A stretch of 43,837 nt of DNA, taken from the IMG/VR virus record IMGVR_UViG_3300032104_000023, positions 1-43,837 of that record; one strand, given 5' to 3'. Below the pieces are notes generated by a model. It was not told where the DNA came from. It did no database searches and saw only the letters and a list, made by a program, of their open reading frames with translations. Made by a program: the position numbers and the translations under genes. The DNA comes from a virus. Taxonomy: Duplodnaviria; Caudoviricetes. Each line of letters starts with the position of its first letter. The first letter of the stretch is position 1. Positions 6,994 to 16,662 of this stretch are shown here, in pieces.

Positions 6994-8777
6994 GGCCACA
7001 GGACTTTACCGAGGATACACTTATAGAATACATCAGGAACATCACTCCTGAAACTATTGCGCTCGATACCGAAACCATCTCCCTTAAGGACCGTACCCTC
7101 ATCGGTATAGGTATAGCCCTGAATGAAAGAGAAGCGGTCTACTTCCCTGTACTACCTGACTGCTCTAAGTACCTCTACCTGGCATGGCGTCTGATGAGTG
7201 CCCCAGGAGTCAAAGTGTTCTTCAACGCTCTGTACGACTTGTACGCGCTTACAGAGTACAGAGCAGATAGCGATATGGAGCGTGGGAGCGAATATCAGAT
7301 TGCAGACCTGGATGGCTGGCGAGGTGCCCAAGTGCAAGAGGCCCGCCTACCTAGCTGGCTAGGCCAAGGACGCCTGGCTGATACTTCTGCAATGGCCCAT
7401 ATACAGGCGCTACCATCTGGCGCCCTAGCAGATATGTCTCGTGCCTATATAGGCCATAGGATAGATGCCATCTCAGATATACTACCTGAGCGTAAAACTA
7501 TGCTAGACCTGGAGACAGGAATAGTAGCAAAGAAGTGCCTGGATGACTGCCTAGCCACTTTGCGCCTGTACCATAAGATGGGAGGACTTGCCTGGTGGGG
7601 TGCTGACTCCCATACCTGGACCTACGAGGCCAACTGGTATGAAGGCTGTGATCCCCTTGAGCCCACTAGCTATACCGTAACCCAGGCTATGAAGGACTGC
7701 TACCAGGTAGACATGAAGCTAGTACCTCTCCTTATGCGTATGTCCAGACGGGGCATCGCACTGAGGGCCGACCTAGTGGAGGACTGGTACGAGAGGACTA
7801 GCAAGGCTAAATTGTTCATGGAAGACATCTGCACCAAAGAAGGATTCAAGCCTGGTAGTAATCAACAAGTGGGTTATGTACTAGCAGAAAGAGGTAGCTT
7901 CCTACCGTTCACTAGGTCAGGCAAACAACTAGCCACGGGTGAGGAAGTGCTCAGTAGCCTTACAGACCCCCTGGCTGTAGTAGTCCTTAAGTACCGTGAG
8001 TATACTAAGCTAAAGGGAACCTACCTGGAGAAGTGGAGAAGACAAGCAAGATCATATACCCACTTTCGGATGGACCTTAGCACAGCCAGGCTTAGCTCGT
8101 ATGAGGATAACCAGCAAAATATACCGGAACGCATTCGGGAAATCTTTACTCCTGATTCAGGCACCTGGAGTGCCCTGGACTTTAACCAAATTGAACTAAG
8201 AGTGTTTGCCTATGTTACCAATGATCCTGTGATGTTGGAGGCTTACGCTGATGGTTCCGATATTCATGCCACTACACAAAGGACTCTATGGCCTGGCAGT
8301 GACCTTAATGACAAGGCAATGAGGACTCGGAGCAAGACATTCAATTTTGCTAAGGTGTTCTATGCTGCTGTTAGGACCCTAGCTCAGCATACCAAGTTAC
8401 CGGAGGCTGTATGCAAGGAATATGGAGACGCCTGGGATGCTACCTACTCTACAGCACATCAGTGGATGAAGGAGCAAGAAGAAGGAGAGGACTGGATTGA
8501 GAACCTCTATGGTAGAAGGTGCAGGCTACCAGAAGGTATTCAGTACACTTGGAAGCATGTAGTAAACTGTAGAATAAATTATCCTACGCAAAGCGGGGCA
8601 GCGGAGGTGGTCAAAAGGTCAATGCTCATCTGTGAGAGGCTAGGTATGGACATAGCCTTACAGGTACATGATGAATTATTAGTAGATGGTAAGGTGGACT
8701 TTCCACCCGAGCTAAATTATATCTACCCTGAGCTACACACTCCGTTTAAGGTGAGGCAGAGTCCTTATTGGAGCTAG
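6972..8777 (+). CDS. polA: Family A DNA polymerase with 3'-5' exonuclease domain
   Basis: Exo DTET and FNALYD; TARLSS..NQQNIP; motif A DFNQIELR; motif B RSKTFNF; motif C QVHDEL. Confidence 0.95.
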   Translation: MASIAYIGPQDFTEDTLIEYIRNITPETIALDTETISLKDRTLIGIGIALNEREAVYFPVLPDCSKYLYLAWRLMSAPGVKVFFNALYDLYALTEYRADSDMERGSEYQIADLDGWRGAQVQEARLPSWLGQGRLADTSAMAHIQALPSGALADMSRAYIGHRIDAISDILPERKTMLDLETGIVAKKCLDDCLATLRLYHKMGGLAWWGADSHTWTYEANWYEGCDPLEPTSYTVTQAMKDCYQVDMKLVPLLMRMSRRGIALRADLVEDWYERTSKAKLFMEDICTKEGFKPGSNQQVGYVLAERGSFLPFTRSGKQLATGEEVLSSLTDPLAVVVLKYREYTKLKGTYLEKWRRQARSYTHFRMDLSTARLSSYEDNQQNIPERIREIFTPDSGTWSALDFNQIELRVFAYVTNDPVMLEAYADGSDIHATTQRTLWPGSDLNDKAMRTRSKTFNFAKVFYAAVRTLAQHTKLPEAVCKEYGDAWDATYSTAHQWMKEQEEGEDWIENLYGRRCRLPEGIQYTWKHVVNCRINYPTQSGAAEVVKRSMLICERLGMDIALQVHDELLVDGKVDFPPELNYIYPELHTPFKVRQSPYWS

Positions 8778-8820
8778 GTTGTTCTCGCCGGTCTTGCTCA
8801 TCGGATATATCCTGAGCAGT

Positions 8821-8907
8821 TTAGTGTTTACCGGAACGTTGGAGAAACCAAGCAAAGATAGCCATGCTTATCACTAGGAATCCTATACCTATAGCGGTAA
8901 GCACCAT
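8821..8907 (-). CDS. Single-TM peptide (28 aa), possibly truncated by a nonsense codon
   Basis: MVLTAIGIGFLVISMAIFAWFLQRSGKH*; frame stays open past the TAA. Confidence 0.45.
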   Translation of the reverse strand: MVLTAIGIGFLVISMAIFAWFLQRSGKH

Positions 8908-9608
8908 CACTTCGTTAGCTTGAGCCTCTTGTCCTCCTCTTGGGCGATGGCCCGTACCTCCGTCTTGCTCAGTCCACCGCCAGTAGAGCCATGCTTGCCA
9001 GAGTCCGTCTCAATAGCTTGGTGTTGGGCTATCAGCTGATTTGTTTGCCCCTGAATGATGCTCAACGTGTCGTGATGAATCCCACCCTCCTGATGCAGCG
9101 CAATGAGTTGGTTCACCTGCCCCTGGATGATCTCTAGTAGCTCCTTCTCCTCTGGCGTCATGCCCATGTCACTCTCCTGTCCTAAATACAATTCTGGATT
9201 ATGTGCCCACCAGCCTACCTTGAAGAAGGCAGTAGGGTCTTGCTTATCTATATGCCATAGATCAAAATGCAGGTGAGGTCCAGTAGACCATCCTGTAGAG
9301 CCGATATTACCTATAACCTGGCCCTGGCTTATCTGGTCACCAATAACAGGAGGAGCATCTGCTACCAAGTGACGGTAGGTAGTACGCCAACCTCCTTCAT
9401 GGGCTATGGTTATATAGTTACCACTAATACTATTAAAGTCATCACCTACCACAGTACCACTAGCTGAGGCTTTAATAGGCCTCCCATCCGTATCACCCTG
9501 TAAGCGCACCAAGTCCACCGCTGCGTGTTGGCCTCCGATGTAGATACTGGACTTGAAATCAAAATCTCTAGTGATATAGTGGTCATCTAAAGGCCAAATA
9601 AACTTCAT
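8907..9608 (-). CDS. M23 family peptidase, putative endolysin
   Basis: HAAVD, YRHL, GNIGSTGWSTGPHLHF. Confidence 0.9.
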   Translation of the reverse strand: MKFIWPLDDHYITRDFDFKSSIYIGGQHAAVDLVRLQGDTDGRPIKASASGTVVGDDFNSISGNYITIAHEGGWRTTYRHLVADAPPVIGDQISQGQVIGNIGSTGWSTGPHLHFDLWHIDKQDPTAFFKVGWWAHNPELYLGQESDMGMTPEEKELLEIIQGQVNQLIALHQEGGIHHDTLSIIQGQTNQLIAQHQAIETDSGKHGSTGGGLSKTEVRAIAQEEDKRLKLTK

Positions 9609-9730
9609 ACTACAACTGCAACCACTATAACAACTACCAGGCTAGGGATAGCTACCTGACCTGCCATAACTCCTACTAACGACCAGACCACACCTGCACC
9701 GGCTAGTCCTATAAGTGCTTCGTTCTCCAC
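9605..9730 (-). CDS. Holin-like 2-TM protein (41 aa)
   Basis: MENEALIGLAGAGVVWSLVGVMAGQVAIPSLVVVIVVAVVV; GGAGG RBS; ATGA overlap with the M23 gene. Confidence 0.55.
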   Translation of the reverse strand: MENEALIGLAGAGVVWSLVGVMAGQVAIPSLVVVIVVAVVV

Positions 9731-9739
9731 GACTACCTC

Positions 9740-9907
9740 CTATTGAAACGCCCTACTTGGCTGTGCCTTATCTGGTAGCCTAAATGGCCCTTTGAGTACA
9801 TTACCTATAGCCTGGTCAGCGATCAGCAATCCTATTACCCTTTTTAAATCTACAATTTTCTCCTCCATATCTTCTAGCCGTTGTCTCTCATCCACCTCGA
9901 TAACCAT
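9740..9907 (-). CDS. Hypothetical protein (55 aa)
   Basis: MVIEVDERQRLEDMEEKIVDLK...; TAATG overlap. Confidence 0.6.
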   Translation of the reverse strand: MVIEVDERQRLEDMEEKIVDLKRVIGLLIADQAIGNVLKGPFRLPDKAQPSRAFQ

Positions 9908-11757
9908 TATGCCTCCTCCCTTTTCTGTATAGAGGCCTCAACTAGGAACTCAGGCTCCTTGTCTCCCTCTTGGCGAATCTCTACCAGGGCTAGACTACGT
10001 AGCCACACATTGACTTTATCACCCCAAGGGCCGTAACTTTCTACTGAGGTAACCTGCTCAATAAGGGTTTCTAGGTCATTAAATTGTTGTATAGGAGTCC
10101 TGGCCTCTACCTGTTCATCATGTCTAATATCAGGAGCTAGGTGTAAGCTAACTACATACACAGGTATCTTACGGCCTTGAGGTACAGCAAAGGGCTCTAC
10201 AAAGTTTAGCTCTCCAGCTTGGGTAGCCACGTCACCTGTATAGTCATACCTAAACTGTATTTGTCTACCTACAGCCGTTAATGGCAGAAAGAAGGTTTTA
10301 CGAATATTACTGTCTATTTTCATACCTATACCATCCACATCTAGGTTAGAAAAGGCTCCCCCATCCACACTGAACAGTAACTCCCAAAACCTAGTAGAAG
10401 TTAGATTCTTACCTACCAACACTACTTTAGGATAGTCCTTAGACTCCCAATCACCGAATCTATATTTGGATGAGAACCTATTACCTGACAACGTAAACTC
10501 GTATCCGTCACCGTCCACATCAGGAGCACCTGCACCTGTAGATTGCTTAATATAGGCTATATCATTACCATATCCAAACCACATTCTAGGTGGACTGTTA
10601 AGGGAGGATAGAAGCATGGCCTCACAAGTCTTGCCGCCAAGATAAAGCCATGTATCCAATATAAAAGGGCCTAGACCAAGCTCTCCACGTCTATCCCTAG
10701 CAACCATTATGTAGGTATCACCACCTACAGCAAGAGCACCAAATAACCATTGACCATCTACCTCAAAGGCCTTGAATGGTCCCTTGACAGGAGACTCGTT
10801 CATAATCTCCTTTTCTAAACCCACTGCCTCAACCAATCCTGGAATAAATCTATACAGACCCCGTGAATGAGGATAGAGAACATAAGGGTCATAAGGAAAC
10901 ATACCAACCCCATTACTTGAATCCCTAGTAACCCTCTTAATAAGAGATACTCCAAAGCCATCCATGTCTACGCCAAATAGTCCTTCAGGCTTAGCAACGA
11001 AGACAGTTCTATCATAGGCTACCAGGCCAGTAGGAGCAATACGGTCACCACATTGGATTTGGTCTGAGTAGTCAGCCTCAACCATGGGGTCCTTAGTGGT
11101 AAGGATGTTCTTTAGCTCTCCTAATCTGTCTACCTTGAACATACGATTAATACCAGTGGCCAGACGATAAGCGTTTACATCTGCTGTTTGTTGAAAGCCT
11201 ATACCTCCGGCAGCAAAGGCATCGTTCTGGAAGGTAGTAGTCTGGAAGGCACCAACGGTAATCCTCCATAGGGATTTTGTTACCTCATCGGTCGTAACTA
11301 AGCCTGTGTCTTCTTCCCACTTTAGCCCCATAACACCCTTAACTGAGGCCCCAAAATCCTTCACCTGGGTTACAGAGTCATCACTAGGGTCTATCATAAA
11401 AATGAATCTACCTGCTATCACCCAGATTAGACCCATCGCCTCAAAGATACTAGTCGGAGTGGATACGCTACCCAATAATGTGATTACGTTGATCTTAGGA
11501 CCAGGCAACAGCCTAGAGGGAAACCTGGTATCCGTATTCTGTCCATACTCGGAAGTACCAGGAATACCCTCACGAGACTTTAGACCTCCTAAGTGCCAAG
11601 TCTCCTGGGGAGTTGATAACATAGCAGGTGTACCTCCAGACCACGGAGGCTCATCAAGAAACTCTTGCCTATAGAAACGCCCTTCCTCATTCCTGACCAA
11701 GCGATACGATTCAGTCCCCAGCCTTACAGAGCTTACCTCGCGGATTACGCTAGTCAT
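9907..11757 (-). CDS. Putative tail nozzle/stabilisation protein (beta-propeller-like)
   Basis: 616 aa, beta-rich, follows adaptor-like gene in the virion operon. Confidence 0.55.
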   Translation of the reverse strand: MTSVIREVSSVRLGTESYRLVRNEEGRFYRQEFLDEPPWSGGTPAMLSTPQETWHLGGLKSREGIPGTSEYGQNTDTRFPSRLLPGPKINVITLLGSVSTPTSIFEAMGLIWVIAGRFIFMIDPSDDSVTQVKDFGASVKGVMGLKWEEDTGLVTTDEVTKSLWRITVGAFQTTTFQNDAFAAGGIGFQQTADVNAYRLATGINRMFKVDRLGELKNILTTKDPMVEADYSDQIQCGDRIAPTGLVAYDRTVFVAKPEGLFGVDMDGFGVSLIKRVTRDSSNGVGMFPYDPYVLYPHSRGLYRFIPGLVEAVGLEKEIMNESPVKGPFKAFEVDGQWLFGALAVGGDTYIMVARDRRGELGLGPFILDTWLYLGGKTCEAMLLSSLNSPPRMWFGYGNDIAYIKQSTGAGAPDVDGDGYEFTLSGNRFSSKYRFGDWESKDYPKVVLVGKNLTSTRFWELLFSVDGGAFSNLDVDGIGMKIDSNIRKTFFLPLTAVGRQIQFRYDYTGDVATQAGELNFVEPFAVPQGRKIPVYVVSLHLAPDIRHDEQVEARTPIQQFNDLETLIEQVTSVESYGPWGDKVNVWLRSLALVEIRQEGDKEPEFLVEASIQKREEA

Positions 11758-12281
11758 ACTGCTCTAAATGCCTTTAACCAGGAGTTAAGCAGTACTTGTG
11801 TGTTCGTGGCTTCCGCTGTAGCCTGTGCCCACCGAAGTTGCAGATTACCGGCCGTACCACCGAACACTATAGTCCCAATGAGATGCACCACGCGCTCCCC
11901 ACCTGGACAGTCTAACGTGATGCTGGCTCCCGCCCCAGCGGCAGGTGAATAAATGGGATGTTCAGCAGACAAGTTAACTATTTTGGATAAGCTCCAATGT
12001 ACGATTGCCCCTACAGGGACTACGAAGGCAAACTTGATGTCTGCTACCACCGTAGTGGTGAATCTTATGAATCCATCGAAGAACCATACTTCGTTTGCGG
12101 CCACGGTAAACAATAAATGGTCGTCGTTCTGGAAGGTAACTGAGTTATTAACAGTTTCGTCCGCGGTCTTTCTAATTAGCTTAATACCTTCGTGGTCAGC
12201 GTTCCAGTCACCAGGGTTGACCAGCGAGGAGTCTGGATCATCTGCCTTAGCAGATGCAAAGGCATGCTTGATTTGAGCCAT
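11754..12281 (-). CDS. Putative short fibre/spike protein
   Basis: N-terminal KHAF..AKAD..LVNPGDWNADH plus beta-sandwich-like KTADETVNNS...LQLRWAQ. Confidence 0.55.
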   Translation of the reverse strand: MAQIKHAFASAKADDPDSSLVNPGDWNADHEGIKLIRKTADETVNNSVTFQNDDHLLFTVAANEVWFFDGFIRFTTTVVADIKFAFVVPVGAIVHWSLSKIVNLSAEHPIYSPAAGAGASITLDCPGGERVVHLIGTIVFGGTAGNLQLRWAQATAEATNTQVLLNSWLKAFRAV

Positions 12282-12291
12282 TTGCTAACTC

Positions 12292-13410
12292 CTATCTTGC
12301 CTGATATGGTTGAGGGACTACTGGAGGCCAGGGTAGCTTAGGACTCCCCTGCCTGGGCTTAGGGCGATGCTTAACAAGCAGCCTATGTAACTCACTGGCA
12401 TGAGCAGCCCTAGCTGTACGCCACACTGTCCTCTCATCCGCTGGGCCTCTACCAGGAGCACTGAGGTATGCTAACACCTCGTCATAAGTCAATGCAGCCA
12501 CTAATTCCTCAGCAGCTATTGGAGGAGCAACCGAAGCATCGGTATAGAGAGGTGGCATGGGTCGAGTAGTCTCTAGGTATAGAGTCTGTGTAGCAGCTAT
12601 AGCCGGCTTGATTTGTAAAGTCAACACACCCACATCCTGTCTGATTCTCCACCAGCGACCATCTACACCGAAGGACTCATCCACGTCCAGTCCAGAGGTT
12701 GGATACCACCTTATATCATGTACTTGCTCTGCGTCACGTAGGAATGGAAGTACAGATAGGTCATACTCCTCTTGATTGGCTACTCCATTCAAAGGAACCC
12801 TTTCTACATACCAATAGCGGAGCATAGCCCTGACATTAGCATCATCCCATACCTTGGGGTCGGCTAGCCAGTGCCACTCTACCTCGTCTCCAGCGGCTAT
12901 AACATCAGCCCAGAGAGGCAGCACCGTGAACTGGCCAACAGTAGGATTAGTAGCAGAAATTATGCGAGGCACCCCTGAGTTGCCGCCTGTTGTAGGTAGC
13001 AACCAAGCACCCTTACCCCTATCAGCCCTAAATAGCGAGGTCTTAACACGATAGTCCGCTGTCTGGGCCGTGCTTGTGCCACCACCATCCGCAACCATGA
13101 CTATACCGGCTCCGTATTTTGCAAGGGCAGCCTGTCTAGCTCTAAGCCTTGTAACACCCTCTACACGGAACGGGTCGGAGTAATCGGAGTTGGTAGAGGG
13201 GTCCTTATGGAACCTATACCTGTACCACTTATTGAGGTCACCTGTAGGGTCGTTAATGGTATAGTAGAATACCCCAGTGGTAAGGGCATCGGTAGCCACC
13301 TGAGCGTAGGTTCCTCCTACTGAGTCCGCACGTTCTAGCTCGATAGTATCGTAGGTAAGTAGCTGAGTAACGATGTCCTCTACGATTATCCTGACATCAA
13401 CACCGGCCAT
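12292..13410 (-). CDS. Putative head-tail adaptor protein
   Basis: 372 aa; GVANQEEYDL motif and helical C-terminus typical of adaptor proteins; position in operon. Confidence 0.5.
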   Translation of the reverse strand: MAGVDVRIIVEDIVTQLLTYDTIELERADSVGGTYAQVATDALTTGVFYYTINDPTGDLNKWYRYRFHKDPSTNSDYSDPFRVEGVTRLRARQAALAKYGAGIVMVADGGGTSTAQTADYRVKTSLFRADRGKGAWLLPTTGGNSGVPRIISATNPTVGQFTVLPLWADVIAAGDEVEWHWLADPKVWDDANVRAMLRYWYVERVPLNGVANQEEYDLSVLPFLRDAEQVHDIRWYPTSGLDVDESFGVDGRWWRIRQDVGVLTLQIKPAIAATQTLYLETTRPMPPLYTDASVAPPIAAEELVAALTYDEVLAYLSAPGRGPADERTVWRTARAAHASELHRLLVKHRPKPRQGSPKLPWPPVVPQPYQAR

Positions 13411-13428
13411 ACTATCTCCTAAAGAACC

Positions 13429-13596
13429 TTACTCTGGAGGACATTTCTCTCTACGTGCAGTAGCGGGTGGTAGGCTGGTAGTCCTGCCAGATGCTCTAGG
13501 TAGAACAACTGGCTTACTACCGGATGCTGTGGAAGGCAATGGGGGAACCTTAACCTTGCCAGGAGGCAACTTAGCCTGGGTCTTAGCCGTCGCCAT
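13429..13596 (-). CDS. Pro/Lys-rich small protein (55 aa)
   Basis: MATAKTQAKLPPGKVKVPPLP...; in frame with upstream ORF across TAG-ATG. Confidence 0.45.
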   Translation of the reverse strand: MATAKTQAKLPPGKVKVPPLPSTASGSKPVVLPRASGRTTSLPPATARREKCPPE

Positions 13597-13935
13597 CTAG
13601 TTTACCCCTATGATCTTCCTGGCCACACCTATGGATGGACACATAAGTCGCCGTGCCTCGCCTTCCGTATCCACAGGACACAGTAGTATCGGAGGAAGCT
13701 GTGCCCTCGTCCAGATTGGCTGAGTAAGGAAAGGCTGAGCAGGACGTACTGGAACGACCATCATAGACCTAGGTATCACAAAGTTCCATATCTGGTAACG
13801 AGCCGTGATAGGTTGTAGTGATACGCTAGAGACCATGCGGCTGAATATCTGAGTGGCGGGACTCGACCTCGTTGCAGTCCTAGGCCAACCTGCCCTAGAG
13901 GGGAGGCGCCTGGCAGCCCTCTGAACAGAACGCAT
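13597..13935 (-). CDS. Hypothetical virion-module protein
   Basis: TAATG overlap with the upstream gene. Confidence 0.5.
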   Translation of the reverse strand: MRSVQRAARRLPSRAGWPRTATRSSPATQIFSRMVSSVSLQPITARYQIWNFVIPRSMMVVPVRPAQPFLTQPIWTRAQLPPILLCPVDTEGEARRLMCPSIGVARKIIGVN

Positions 13936-14384
13936 TATTCCTCAACCTCCATCTTGGCACGGACGTTGACAGCAGCAGGAGCAGTACATCGGATTCCTAC
14001 CCTATCACCACCACCACACTTCTTCTCCTGTCCCATAGGATAGATAATTTCGTAACCTTGTTGTGGATGAACCTCCACTACATCTATAATATCTCCAGAT
14101 GTAGGTTCAGCGGTAAAGGTCTTACGAGCGGTTGACAAGATGGACTCTGCTAGGCTATCATCGTTCTTCACAGGTGTTAGTGCTACCGAGGTTCCAGCGG
14201 TAGACTGCCTTGTTAACTCAACTTGGATAGGTTCTGCTGTGACAACCACGCCATCAAAGAATACACCCCAGCGGAGTACCTTAACGCGATGGTTAGCAGG
14301 TGCTACCACCTGAATGATAGTCTTAGCGGTAGCAGCTACTAGGGCTACCTCGCCATCTTGAAGAGTAAATATCTGATCTGCCAT
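13935..14384 (-). CDS. Hypothetical structural protein (beta-rich)
   Basis: 149 aa, AGGAGG RBS. Confidence 0.7.
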   Translation of the reverse strand: MADQIFTLQDGEVALVAATAKTIIQVVAPANHRVKVLRWGVFFDGVVVTAEPIQVELTRQSTAGTSVALTPVKNDDSLAESILSTARKTFTAEPTSGDIIDVVEVHPQQGYEIIYPMGQEKKCGGGDRVGIRCTAPAAVNVRAKMEVEE

Positions 14385-14393
14385 GTTGACCTC

Positions 14394-15710
14394 CTAAATG
14401 GCTAGTTGTGCTATAGGTTTTGGTTGTGAGTAAGGGCGTCTCCAATCTGTTAGACGCTCCACCACTCCCCACGGGTCGGCCACGTCGGCGTTGTCGCTGT
14501 CGGGGTTAGCTGTGGGCTGTGAGATGTCGATGCCGAGCACCTGCACCCCCAACACACGAATCTGATGAGTCGTAGAAACTTTCGTCAGTCCTACAAACAG
14601 CTTATTGAACTTATCCTTGCTCCAGGCGTTGCCGTCCCTGGGTGTGGTGTGCCTGAGGTGGGTGACGTAACCGGTTACACCATCGTCCCAGCCTGTTATC
14701 GTCTCCGGCCCTACGCCTTCGTCGCTCACACCCGCCAGGAATTGGTGCCCAACAGTGTCTACGACACGCGGAGAGGCGTCCAACCGCACTGAATGAACGG
14801 TCGGGCTGGCGTCGCTGATGTCGGGTAGCCGGAATAGCTGTTTGTGTGGAGAAGCCGCGGTAATGTAGTCATCGCCCGTGTGGGTGCGGTTGAAGTCGTC
14901 AACGTGGCGATACTTCTTGGGGCTTGCAGTGGGGCTGCCTGTGGTCGTGTAGTCGTTAAAGCCCGTCACGTCGGCGTCAGGCGGGAAGCCGATGATGACA
15001 CCCGATGAGAGGGCCTCCACCATACGGCCATCGAACTCGCCACTGGCGTCCTCATCCAGGATGATGATGTCGTCACACTCGAAGGTTATCTGAACAGGGC
15101 TGCCCTTGGAGTCCAACGAAACTGCCGCACCGAAGGCGACACGGGAGTTGACCGTATCAGGGAGCCCAGAGCCCGTAAGAGTAAACCGCGATACATCATC
15201 CACAAAAACCTCAAGCGTGGAGGCGCTTACTCCGTCTCCTTTCCACAGGCGAAAAGCATACCAATGGGGGCCTGGCGTCACGGAGAACGAGCCGTGGGGC
15301 GCTATAGTTAGTGGTGTTCCTTGGGACACTCCGGCGTAACCCTCAACAGCCACTATCTCGTTACTCGTAGCATTGCACTGGAACTGAATCAAGAACCACC
15401 TGCCAGCGTCTGCGTAGGGATTGGGCGTCGTGCAGAACAGCACCGAGTCAGTACCATCGGGACCGCCTGCGGGAACATTTTTCGCGGCTATCTTAACGTG
15501 AATCCAAAAGAAGTCCTGGGCGGTGTCGGCCCACTTCGGATTGACGAACAGCCTCTTGTCGCCGATCATATCCAGGCCAACCGCGCCGGAGCGGACTACA
15601 TTCGCCTGTCCCCCGGCGTTAATGGAACAGACATCGACGGGCCGTTCCCAGGGGGCTTCAGCCGTAGCACTGGTCTCGGTCTCCCCCCCATCGTAGTAAA
15701 TTGCGCTCAT
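14394..15710 (-). CDS. Putative receptor-binding/lectin-like (LamG-like) virion protein, 438 aa
   Basis: Start reassigned to ATG 15710 (ATGA overlap); beta-rich, HWYAF..LEVFVDD, FECDDIII; GC/CpG-rich segment. Confidence 0.5.
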   Translation of the reverse strand: MSAIYYDGGETETSATAEAPWERPVDVCSINAGGQANVVRSGAVGLDMIGDKRLFVNPKWADTAQDFFWIHVKIAAKNVPAGGPDGTDSVLFCTTPNPYADAGRWFLIQFQCNATSNEIVAVEGYAGVSQGTPLTIAPHGSFSVTPGPHWYAFRLWKGDGVSASTLEVFVDDVSRFTLTGSGLPDTVNSRVAFGAAVSLDSKGSPVQITFECDDIIILDEDASGEFDGRMVEALSSGVIIGFPPDADVTGFNDYTTTGSPTASPKKYRHVDDFNRTHTGDDYITAASPHKQLFRLPDISDASPTVHSVRLDASPRVVDTVGHQFLAGVSDEGVGPETITGWDDGVTGYVTHLRHTTPRDGNAWSKDKFNKLFVGLTKVSTTHQIRVLGVQVLGIDISQPTANPDSDNADVADPWGVVERLTDWRRPYSQPKPIAQLAI

Positions 15711-16498
15711 GCGCTCGACTTCTCCCACCAGCCCCACTCTCGCGGGCTCGGTATCGTGAACAGGTACGGGTCGGGCTCCCACTGGAGGACGTAGTGGCGT
15801 GGCCCCACGATGTCCAGGTCGCCGTCCAGCAACCGACGAGCCTCAAAGCGGTCGTTGCGGTTCGTCAGCCGTGCCTGTACCTTCGCCGCTTTCTTCCAGA
15901 CGGGCCACGGGGGGGCGTACTTGTCGGCAGACCACGCGCCCTTGGCAGACTCCTGCGTGAGCCGTGTCAGCATCCGTGGGTGTCGCTCAAACGCTGGGGT
16001 GAAGAAGCGTCGTACCTCATCTCCGCTTAGCCCCAGAACCCGCGCCATCTTCTCAATGCCATCATCCCAGGAGCCGATGTAGTCACTGACAGTGGCGTTA
16101 GCGGAGTCCAGGGCCTCCGTAATCTGCCGATGGAGCTGGGGGTTTGCTGCGATGTATTTGCGGATGAGGGCCAGGGCGAAGTCGTGATGCAGGCTGGAGG
16201 CGTCGCGGGGTAGGTCGGTGTTGGGGAAGGCACAGCCGCGGGAGTACCAGTAGCCGCTCGCTGCGGCGCCGTACAGGTTGGAGTTGGCGATGGTGCCGTC
16301 CAACGTCGTCACGTCCCGCAGGTCAAAGCCTGTCAGGTCTAGCCCCTGAGCAATGAACCGCTCCAGGTGAGAGCTGCGGGCATCCTTGTTAGGCAGAGAG
16401 TCGAAGTGGGCCTGGGTGACGATGTCAGGTGCCCCTAGCGCCCCCACGGCGATGAGGCGTTGACCGCCTGTCTCTGGGTTGGGCTGTACCTCGATCAA
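15707..16498 (-). CDS. Hypothetical protein with short pentapeptide-like stretch
   Basis: DLTGFDLRDV..IANSNLYGA; GGGAG RBS; GC-rich segment. Confidence 0.6.
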   Translation of the reverse strand: MIEVQPNPETGGQRLIAVGALGAPDIVTQAHFDSLPNKDARSSHLERFIAQGLDLTGFDLRDVTTLDGTIANSNLYGAAASGYWYSRGCAFPNTDLPRDASSLHHDFALALIRKYIAANPQLHRQITEALDSANATVSDYIGSWDDGIEKMARVLGLSGDEVRRFFTPAFERHPRMLTRLTQESAKGAWSADKYAPPWPVWKKAAKVQARLTNRNDRFEARRLLDGDLDIVGPRHYVLQWEPDPYLFTIPSPREWGWWEKSSA

Positions 16499-16515
16499 TA
16501 GACTCCCACTGGTCC

Positions 16516-16653
16516 CTAAGAGGGCTGACTAAGGATATACTCTGCCAAGGCATCAACCTTGGCCTCAACCCTGGCGTTGGCGTTGTTCATCTGAGCAGCC
16601 ACTTCTAACGCCGCCTTTAGAGCCGGTTCGACTGTAGGCTCCCTGCCTGGCAT
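16516..16653 (-). CDS. Hypothetical coiled-coil peptide (45 aa)
   Basis: MPGREPTVEPALKAALEV...; AGGAGG RBS. Confidence 0.6.
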   Translation of the reverse strand: MPGREPTVEPALKAALEVAAQMNNANARVEAKVDALAEYILSQPS

Positions 16654-16662
16654 TGTATCCTC

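Noticed and set aside
11754-16498. Diversity-generating retroelement acting on tail genes
   Set aside because: No reverse transcriptase ORF and no TR/VR pair seen
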